Positions 7,435 to 14,273 of a stretch of DNA of 16,037 nucleotides are shown piece by piece. The DNA is from Halalkalibacterium halodurans (lineage in GTDB: Bacteria; Bacillota; Bacilli; Bacillales; Bacillaceae_D). How positions within the stretch are numbered: position 1 is the first letter of the stretch; each line of letters begins with the position of its first letter. The translations under genes and the position numbers were made by a program. Location: NCBI RefSeq assembly GCF_004376175.1, contig NZ_SNUY01000067.1, forward strand, positions 1 through 16,037, in the 5' to 3' direction. The notes beneath the pieces are model-generated. The model ran no database searches. It was given only the letters and a program-made list of their open reading frames with translations, and was not told where the DNA came from.

Positions 7435-8004
7435 TTAAAGCGGCCACATCTCTTTTGGGTTTAATTCGTACTGCCCGTTTTGCCTAAACATAAACTGACA
7501 CATGACAAATTCGTGACGAACCGTGGCAAAGTCTTCGTGAAATTGCCTAATATGCTCATTGATCTCTTTCTCACTATAGACGCGCCCCTGCTCGATTCCT
7601 CTTAGCATATACTCAAGAATGATCAGTTTTTTCTTTCGCTGGGCCGGCAACGTTTTTACTCGGCCATCCGGTAACGTAAAGTTTTTAATCACTCTGACCT
7701 TCTCTTGATCATCGACTTGAAAATTAAACATCTCATCTCCCCCTATCATTAAGATCGCGCCTGCCATCCGTTCCAGCTTTTTTTCATCAAGATAAAAATA
7801 AATTGTGTTTTTTTCCCTCCGTTGATAAACAACATCAATTTCCCGCAGTTTCGACAAGTGATGAGAAATAGTCGGTGGTGTAAGTCCTAGCTTCCCTGCA
7901 ATCGCTTGACCATGGAGAGGGCCTCCTTTTAATAAAGCAATGATCCGAATTCTTGTCTTATCTCCTAACGTTTTATGAAAATGAACTAATCGATTGAGCT
8001 GCAT
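7435..8004 (-). CDS. ArsR/SmtB-type winged-HTH regulator fused to a C-terminal DUF2087 domain
   Basis: The ATG lies 8 nt after GGAGG. The N-terminus HFHKTLGDKTRIRIIALLKGGPLHGQAIAGKLGLTPPTISHHLSKLREIDVV has the ArsR HTH signature. The C-terminal half (KTLPAQRKKKLIILEYML...YSEKEINEHIRQFHEDFATVRHEFV) matches the remembered DUF2087 pattern. Confidence 0.75.
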   Translation of the reverse strand: MQLNRLVHFHKTLGDKTRIRIIALLKGGPLHGQAIAGKLGLTPPTISHHLSKLREIDVVYQRREKNTIYFYLDEKKLERMAGAILMIGGDEMFNFQVDDQEKVRVIKNFTLPDGRVKTLPAQRKKKLIILEYMLRGIEQGRVYSEKEINEHIRQFHEDFATVRHEFVMCQFMFRQNGQYELNPKEMWPL

Positions 8005-8054
8005 AAAGAAACCTCCATTTAGACAATCATCTAATTAGTTGGTCGTCACAACTA

Positions 8055-8086
8055 TAAAAACAAAAAGCCTGAACCATTGGGCTCAG
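8055..8086 (-). terminator. Intrinsic terminator after dagK
   Basis: On the minus strand, CTGAGCC-CAAT-GGTTCAG (8069-8086) forms a 7-bp stem with one G-U pair. It is followed by GCTTTTTGTTTTTA and lies 10 nt past the dagK stop. Confidence 0.7.
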
Positions 8087-8095
8087 ACTTCTAAT

Positions 8096-8983
8096 TCAGT
8101 CTTTCGGGCATAGCATCTGAAAATGCTGGTATAAGTTAACGAATTCAGCAGGGAGAAGCCCGCCATATTCGCCATCGAAATTGAGCTGCATGCTTTTTTC
8201 TGCCTGCACTTTAATCCGATTCGCCTGCACGTATAATACTTTTGGGTGCTTAATGTGCTCCCCTCTTAACGCTAATCCTGCAAGATGAAGAAATTCAGGA
8301 AAGGACGTTTTTTTCACGATGATGAAGTCGAACATGCCATCTCGCAATGAAGCATTGGGGGCTAGCCGTTCGAAGCCACCCACAGAATTCGTGTTTGACA
8401 CGAGAAACATCATAATTTCCCCTTCAAACAGCTTGCCGTCATATTCAATTCTTACGTCTGTTGGTGAAATTTGCGGAAGCTTCTCCAGCCCTTTAATGTA
8501 ATAAGCGAGCTGGCCGACGACTGTTTTCAGTTTACTAGGAACTTCATACGTAAGCTCAGTCAATGTCCCTCCAGCAGCAATATTAATAAAGTAATGGTCC
8601 CCTGCTTTTCCTACATCCACAGGTTTCGTATGACCTTCTATTAAAATATCGCACGCCTTTTCGATGTCACGAGGAATGTTCAACGCTCGAGCAAAATCAT
8701 TGGTCGTTCCTGCTGGAATGAGTCCTAGCGTAGGACGCTTCTCCAACCCTGCAAGGCCATTGACAACTTCATAAATCGTGCCGTCACCACCTGCCGCAAT
8801 GACTAAATCATGCCTCCGCTCACCAGCAAGCCTAGCTGCCTCCGTGGCACTACCTTCCCCAGTCGTCGCATGGGTCGATGTTTCATATCCTGCCAGTTCT
8901 AGTCGCTCAAGAATATAGGCTAGGCTTTTTCTGATTTGTTCCCGCCCTGATGTTGGGTTATAGATCAATCGAGCTGTTTTCAT
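8096..8983 (-). CDS. dagK: Diacylglycerol kinase (DagK/YerQ, soluble DAGK_cat family)
   Basis: The product MKTARLIYNPTSGRE...IAAGGDGTIYEVVNGLA...PAGTTNDFARAL...LTELTY.VPSKLKT..GQLAYY.KG...MQLNFDGEYGG is near-collinear with remembered B. subtilis DagK. An AGGAG SD lies 9 nt upstream. Confidence 0.88.
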   Translation of the reverse strand: MKTARLIYNPTSGREQIRKSLAYILERLELAGYETSTHATTGEGSATEAARLAGERRHDLVIAAGGDGTIYEVVNGLAGLEKRPTLGLIPAGTTNDFARALNIPRDIEKACDILIEGHTKPVDVGKAGDHYFINIAAGGTLTELTYEVPSKLKTVVGQLAYYIKGLEKLPQISPTDVRIEYDGKLFEGEIMMFLVSNTNSVGGFERLAPNASLRDGMFDFIIVKKTSFPEFLHLAGLALRGEHIKHPKVLYVQANRIKVQAEKSMQLNFDGEYGGLLPAEFVNLYQHFQMLCPKD

Positions 8984-9275
8984 CTGCTACAACTCCTACA
9001 TATCGCGTGATGCGATCATGGTGGTCATCTGGAAAATATACGATTTCATTTTATCGTACTTACCTTCAGAAGCCAACTCTTTTATCTCCACTTTATGCCA
9101 ATGATCGATTGATTAATGAGTAAGTATATGCCACCTGCAATCGGCTAAAGCTGTACTTACAATCTTCCCCATATGCTAGGGAATTGGGCCGATTCTGTTC
9201 TCCTCGTGCATGAGACCAACACCTTGTCTCATAAAGTATAGCAAGCCACTAATTATTAAGGAGAGGAGAAAGAAT

Positions 9276-11336
9276 ATGAAATTTGGACTTGCTCTATCGC
9301 TCATCATAGCCATTACGATGTGCTTTGCCCCGTCAAGTGTTGCCGAAGCAAAACGATCATCTTCTTTTCTACTGCTGGAAAATGTACCTGGCTTTCTGCC
9401 ATCCCCTTCTGGAGACTCAATTCGCTTCACACCATTAACGATAGAGGACGGGGCGTTAGTCAAAACCTATCAAGAGGTAAGCTGGCGCTCGTCCAATCGG
9501 AAAGTTGCCACTGTTGATAACAAGGGAACTGTCACACTCACAGGCAAGCCTGGCCGGACTTTCATTCACGCCACACACGGTTCATCCTCTGACCGAATCG
9601 CCATACACGTAACGCCGAAAAAAGGGGTCACGCTCATTCAGGAAAAAGGTCCGCAATACGATGTCATCGAAACGCTCCTCGACCAAATGACGCTCGAAGA
9701 AAAAATTGGACAAATGATGATGCCTGATTTCCGTACTTGGAACGGGCAGAATGTGGTGGAAATGCTTCCGGAGATTGAACAAATGGTGAAGGAATATCAT
9801 CTCGGCGGCGTGATCCTTTTCCGTGAAAATGTTGTAGAAACCGAGCAAATAATCCATCTTGTAAACGATTATCAAGACGCAGCAGAAAAGCTCGGACTGC
9901 TCATCACGATTGACCAGGAAGGTGGGATTGTGACGCGCCTTCAAAATGGGACAGATCTCCCGGGAAACATGGCGCTCGGAGCTACCCGTTCAGAGGATTT
10001 AGCCTCTCAAGCTGGAACTGTCATTGGCCGGGAGCTACAGTCACTCGGGATTAATATGAACCTCGCACCCGTTCTCGATGTGAACAACAATCCAGACAAC
10101 CCAGTGATCGGGGTTCGATCCTTTTCGGAAAACCCTGAGCTTGTCGGCCAATTAGGAGTCGCCTACACAAAGGGACTACAATCTACAGGAGTCGCTGCTA
10201 CTGCTAAACATTTTCCCGGACATGGGGACACCGATGTTGATTCTCACTTAGGGTTACCAGAGGTGCCTCACGATCGGGCTCGCCTAGATGAAGTAGAGCT
10301 TGCTCCTTTCCGTCAAGCGATGGCCGAAGGAATCGATGCCATCATGACCGCCCATGTAACGTTCCCAGCCATTGACGATGCTAAAGTGATCTCAGAGAAG
10401 GATGGCTCACTTATTTCCTTACCAGCTACATTATCGGAAAAGGTGCTCACCGATTTAATGCGTGACGACCTCGGCTTTGAAGGGGTGATCATTACAGACG
10501 CGATGAACATGAACGCAATCAGTGATCATTTCGGCCCAACGGATGCAGTCATTCGTTCGATCAATGCTGGAGCGGATATTATTTTAATGCCAGTCGGCTT
10601 ACAGACAGTGTTTCCTGCGGTGGTGGAAGCCGTGGAGAATGGAGAGATTTCCGAGGAGCGCGTGAACGAAGCGGTAAAACGCATTTTAACATTGAAGCTG
10701 AACCGAGGCATCCTTAAAACGGACTCCTCAACATCGATTGATGAGCAGATCGCGGAGGCTGAAAGAGTGATCGGCTCAGACGACCACCGCCAGATCGAAC
10801 AACAAATCGCCGAACAATCCATAACCGTGATAAAAAATGAACAAGACACGCTTCCTCTATCCGTTGAAGAGGATGACTACGTCGTTGTCGTTGGTTCCAC
10901 CTATAGTGAAAACTTAGCAGCTGCCTTTGAAGACGCCTCTGTTCAAACAGAACATCTTTTACTTAGTAGCAACCAATCGAGCTTGACCGCCGAACAGCAA
11001 GAACTTGTAGAGGGGGCCTCTGCCATCATCATCGCTTCTCATTCGGCTAACGTCGCTGGTCGCTCACCGTCACATCCTCACATGCAGCTATATGCGTCGT
11101 TGAGTGAATCGGCTGATCAACCAGTAGTCGCTGTTGCGATTCGTAATCCATATGACATCATGGCCTACCCTTCCGTTCCAGCATACATTGCTCAATATGG
11201 ATTTCGTGATGCAAGCTTCCGCGCCTCCGTACGGACGATTGTCGGTGACCTCACGCCGTCTGGACAATTGCCAGTAACGATTCCGACAATTGAGGGTGAT
11301 GTGATGTTTGAATATGGCCATGGGTTATCATGGTAA
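9276..11336 (+). CDS. nagZ: Secreted GH3 beta-N-acetylglucosaminidase (NagZ/YbbD-like) with an N-terminal Big_2 Ig-like domain
   Basis: ATG at 9276 follows AAGGAGAGGAGAAAG. The signal peptide is MKFGLALSLIIAITMCFAPSSVAEA. A Big_2-like segment reads SWRSSNRKVATVDNKGTVTLTGKPGRTFIHA. GH3 motifs are EEKIGQMMMPDF, IDQEGG, NNPDNPVIGVRSF and KHFPGHGDTDVDSH. The track start at 9210 lacks an SD. Confidence 0.88.
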   Translation: MKFGLALSLIIAITMCFAPSSVAEAKRSSSFLLLENVPGFLPSPSGDSIRFTPLTIEDGALVKTYQEVSWRSSNRKVATVDNKGTVTLTGKPGRTFIHATHGSSSDRIAIHVTPKKGVTLIQEKGPQYDVIETLLDQMTLEEKIGQMMMPDFRTWNGQNVVEMLPEIEQMVKEYHLGGVILFRENVVETEQIIHLVNDYQDAAEKLGLLITIDQEGGIVTRLQNGTDLPGNMALGATRSEDLASQAGTVIGRELQSLGINMNLAPVLDVNNNPDNPVIGVRSFSENPELVGQLGVAYTKGLQSTGVAATAKHFPGHGDTDVDSHLGLPEVPHDRARLDEVELAPFRQAMAEGIDAIMTAHVTFPAIDDAKVISEKDGSLISLPATLSEKVLTDLMRDDLGFEGVIITDAMNMNAISDHFGPTDAVIRSINAGADIILMPVGLQTVFPAVVEAVENGEISEERVNEAVKRILTLKLNRGILKTDSSTSIDEQIAEAERVIGSDDHRQIEQQIAEQSITVIKNEQDTLPLSVEEDDYVVVVGSTYSENLAAAFEDASVQTEHLLLSSNQSSLTAEQQELVEGASAIIIASHSANVAGRSPSHPHMQLYASLSESADQPVVAVAIRNPYDIMAYPSVPAYIAQYGFRDASFRASVRTIVGDLTPSGQLPVTIPTIEGDVMFEYGHGLSW

Positions 11337-11360
11337 TTAGTAAAGAAAGGAGTGTATCAC

Positions 11361-12617
11361 ATGAAACGAACGATGGCTCTTTTGCTAGCCGTAACGCTCT
11401 TGTTTGGGCTCGTCTCTGTGGCCCATGGAGCAGGGAAAGGAAAAAAGAAAGGAAATCCCCATGCGTTCTCTCTCGGGGTCGAGCAGTTACTACAAAACGA
11501 GTTTCATTTAATTGAAGGGAAAAAGGTTGGCCTAATTACGAACCCAACTGGAGTGGACCGCGAGCTCCATAGCATTGTCGATGTGTTGTTTGAAGATGAG
11601 CGCGTCGAATTGACCGCATTGTATGGTCCTGAGCATGGGGTTCGTGGTGATGCTCAAGCCGGGGAGTACGTCCCTTTTTACATCGATGACAAAACGGGAT
11701 TACCGGTATACAGTCTTTATGGACAAACGCGGAAGCCGACCCCAGACATGCTCGAAGACATTGACGTCCTCTTGTTTGATATCCAAGATGTAGGAACGCG
11801 TTTTTACACGTACATCTACACGATGGCCTATGCGATGGAAGCCGCAGCTGAAAACGATTTACCGTTCATCGTGTTAGACAGACCGAATCCTCTCGGCGGA
11901 CAAAAAGTCGAAGGTCCAATGTTGGAAGAACCGTACCGCTCGTTTGTGGGCTTGTACCCGATTCCCCTTCGCCACGGAATGACCGTTGGAGAGCTTGCCC
12001 TATTGTTTAATGAGGAGTTTGCTATTGGGGCCGACGTGACCGTTGTCGAGATGACAGGTTGGAAACGTCATACCGATTTCAAGGATTTGCCGCTAGAGTG
12101 GGTGCTTCCTTCACCTAACATGCCAACACTTGACACAGCACTCGTCTATCCCGGAGCCGCCCTTATAGAAGGAACAAACGTCTCTGAGGGACGAGGGACG
12201 ACAAAGCCGTTTGAATTGATCGGGGCACCGTTTGTGAACTCGACCGAGCTAGCCGCTACCTTGAATGATCTTGGCCTTCCAGGGGTGACATTCCGTGCGG
12301 CCTCGTTTACACCGATGTTTTCCAAGCATGCCGGCACTTTAAGTCACGGTATTCAAATTCACGTGACCGACGAAAAATCTTTTCAACCTGTCATAACAGG
12401 ACTTCACATTGTCAAAACAATACACGACCTGTATCCCGACGATTTCCGCTTTACGGCCGAAGATCAGCAGGGCATTTCCTTTTTTGATCGCCTGATCGGT
12501 AATGGTGATGTGCGCAAGCAAATCATGCAAGGGGCGTCTGTTGAAGAAATCGTCGCTGATTGGGGGAAAGAGATCAAAGCTTTTGAAAAAACGAGAAAAA
12601 AATACCTATTGTACTAA
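11361..12617 (+). CDS. namZ: DUF1343-family exo-beta-N-acetylmuramidase (NamZ/YbbC-like)
   Basis: ATG at 11361 lies 8 nt after AAAGGAG, 24 nt downstream of the nagZ stop. It has a signal peptide (MKRTMALLLAVTLLFGLVSVAHG). Its size of about 418 aa and its position right after nagZ match the B. subtilis ybbC arrangement. Motifs are GLITNPTGVD and LFDIQDVGTRFYTY. Confidence 0.8.
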   Translation: MKRTMALLLAVTLLFGLVSVAHGAGKGKKKGNPHAFSLGVEQLLQNEFHLIEGKKVGLITNPTGVDRELHSIVDVLFEDERVELTALYGPEHGVRGDAQAGEYVPFYIDDKTGLPVYSLYGQTRKPTPDMLEDIDVLLFDIQDVGTRFYTYIYTMAYAMEAAAENDLPFIVLDRPNPLGGQKVEGPMLEEPYRSFVGLYPIPLRHGMTVGELALLFNEEFAIGADVTVVEMTGWKRHTDFKDLPLEWVLPSPNMPTLDTALVYPGAALIEGTNVSEGRGTTKPFELIGAPFVNSTELAATLNDLGLPGVTFRAASFTPMFSKHAGTLSHGIQIHVTDEKSFQPVITGLHIVKTIHDLYPDDFRFTAEDQQGISFFDRLIGNGDVRKQIMQGASVEEIVADWGKEIKAFEKTRKKYLLY

Positions 12618-12652
12618 TAGGCAAGTCTTCCAGCAGACGGGCATAGACATGT

Positions 12653-12684
12653 AACGAGGGGACCGTGGGCATCTTCCCCTCGTT
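12653..12684 (+). promoter_or_regulatory. Strong GC-rich hairpin without a U-tract in the namZ-PTS intergenic region
   Basis: AACGAGGGGA (12653-12662) pairs perfectly with TCCCCTCGTT (12675-12684) around a 12-nt loop. It is followed by CCTACAAAC rather than a T-run. Confidence 0.5.
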
Positions 12685-12711
12685 CCTACAAACTGAAGGA
12701 GGGTACAGACG

Positions 12712-14070
12712 ATGCTTCAATTTCTACAACGGATTGGTCGCTCGTTACTGCTTCCGATTGCTGCATTGCCTGTCGCTGGATTACTGCTTCGTCTCGGACA
12801 AGAGGACTTATTGAATATTCCTTTTATGGCAGCTGCCGGTGACGCGTTGTTCAGTAACTTAGCTCTTTTATTTGCAATCGGGGTCGCCGTCGGCTTTGCA
12901 AAAGACAGTCACGGAGCTGCTGCTCTAGCAGGTGCCATCGGATTTTTCGTCTTAACGGAAGGAACCCAAGCCATCAATGAAACGATTAACATGGGAGTTC
13001 TAGGGGGTATTCTTTCTGGTGTCGTTGCCGGAATGACATACAACCGCTTTAAGGAAACAAAGCTGCCGGAATGGCTCGCATTCTTTGGCGGTCGCCGCTT
13101 TGTGCCGATTATGACTGGATTGTTCATGCTCGTTCTTGCCATATTCTTCGGTTTTGTTTGGCCGACAGTTCAAGGGTGGCTTGATTCATTTGGTCAGTGG
13201 ATTATCGGAGCTGGAGCGACTGGCGTCGGGGTTTATGGCTTCTTCAACCGTTTGTTAATTCCACTCGGTTTACACCATGTGATCAACACGCTCGTCTGGT
13301 TTGTGTTCGGGGAATTTAACGGCGCCACTGGAGATTTGCATCGCTTTTTCGCCGGTGATCCGAATGCGGGCATCTTTATGGCTGGCTTCTTCCCTATCAT
13401 GATGTTCGGCTTACCTGCCGCTGCCTTAGCAATGATTCTCGCAGCGAAAAAAGAAAAGCGTAAAGCGACCGCTGGCCTTCTTGGCGGGGTTGCCTTCACC
13501 GCATTTTTAACGGGAATTACCGAGCCAATTGAGTTTACTTTCATGTTCCTCTCCCCTCTTTTATACGGGGTGCATGCGGTGTTAACCGGAACAGCGATGG
13601 CAGTAGCCTATACGCTCGAGATCCGGCATGGTTTTACGTTTTCTGCTGGGGCGATCGATTACTTTATTAATTTCGGAATCGCTACTAAGCCATGGGTGCT
13701 CGCATTTATCGGGCTCATCTATGCTGTAATCTACTTCGTTCTCTTCTATTTTCTTATCATCAAGCTCAACTTGCAGACACCGGGTCGGGAAAAAGAAGAG
13801 AGCATGGATGAGACGGAGACCTCTTCTGCCGATTATGAAGAGATGGCAAAAGCCATTTTGGCGGCATTGGGCGGTAAGAAAAACGTGAAAGATCTTGATT
13901 TTTGCGTGACCCGACTTCGCTTAACGATCCATTCATGGTTAGCTGTCGATGAAAAAGCCTTAAGGCTTGCAGGAGCTAAAGGGGTCGTAAAGCTCAACGA
14001 TACGACTATACAAGTCGTCATTGGTACCGATGTGGAATTTGTCGCCAATGCGATGAAAAAAAGGCTGTAA
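12712..14070 (+). CDS. nagP: PTS EIICB component, glucose/GlcNAc family (NagP-like)
   Basis: The ATG follows GAAGGAGGG. The 452-aa product matches remembered B. subtilis NagP in length. The EIIC motifs are LLPIAALPVAG, FNRLLIPLGLHHV and GITEPIEFTFMFLSPLLY. The C-terminal EIIB domain carries the phospho-Cys motif DFCVTRLRL. The C-then-B order is unlike MurP. Confidence 0.75.
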   Translation: MLQFLQRIGRSLLLPIAALPVAGLLLRLGQEDLLNIPFMAAAGDALFSNLALLFAIGVAVGFAKDSHGAAALAGAIGFFVLTEGTQAINETINMGVLGGILSGVVAGMTYNRFKETKLPEWLAFFGGRRFVPIMTGLFMLVLAIFFGFVWPTVQGWLDSFGQWIIGAGATGVGVYGFFNRLLIPLGLHHVINTLVWFVFGEFNGATGDLHRFFAGDPNAGIFMAGFFPIMMFGLPAAALAMILAAKKEKRKATAGLLGGVAFTAFLTGITEPIEFTFMFLSPLLYGVHAVLTGTAMAVAYTLEIRHGFTFSAGAIDYFINFGIATKPWVLAFIGLIYAVIYFVLFYFLIIKLNLQTPGREKEESMDETETSSADYEEMAKAILAALGGKKNVKDLDFCVTRLRLTIHSWLAVDEKALRLAGAKGVVKLNDTTIQVVIGTDVEFVANAMKKRL

Positions 14071-14074
14071 AAGG

Positions 14075-14105
14075 AAAGAGACTCTCAGCTTCGGGAGTCT
14101 CTTTT
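14075..14105 (+). terminator. Intrinsic terminator after the PTS gene
   Basis: AAAGAGACTC (14075-14084) pairs with GAGTCTCTTT (14095-14104). The T-run lies within and after the 3' arm, 5 nt past the stop. Confidence 0.8.
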
Positions 14106-14245
14106 CATCATCACCCGTTACTTGGCAGCTTTTCTGGGTTCATGATGATATAAATGTCTTGAATCTGTCCTCCTACAATATAAATAGACTCTCGGCATTC
14201 GCCGAGCTTTGTGGTTCAAGGATTTTCCTCAAACCAATTTATTTC

Positions 14246-14273
14246 ATCCCTCCTATTTTAGGTGGGATTTTTT
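14246..14273 (+). terminator. Orphan terminator-like hairpin abutting the IS left end
   Basis: ATCCCTCC (14246-14253) pairs with GGTGGGAT (14261-14268) with one mismatch, around a 7-nt loop. A T6 run follows (14268-14273). No ORF of 60 aa or more lies upstream of it after the nagP terminator. Confidence 0.45.

Noticed and set aside
9176-13544. Antisense or alternate-frame ORFs within nagZ, namZ and nagP, and in the nagZ upstream region. Examples are 9176-9463, 9320-9517, 9582-9944, 10313-10510, 10526-10849, 11088-11321, 11330-11515, 12146-12337, 12339-12530, 12909-13142, 13233-13544 and 13833-14048.
   Set aside because: All lie inside confidently assigned genes or their leaders. None has an SD or recognisable motifs.
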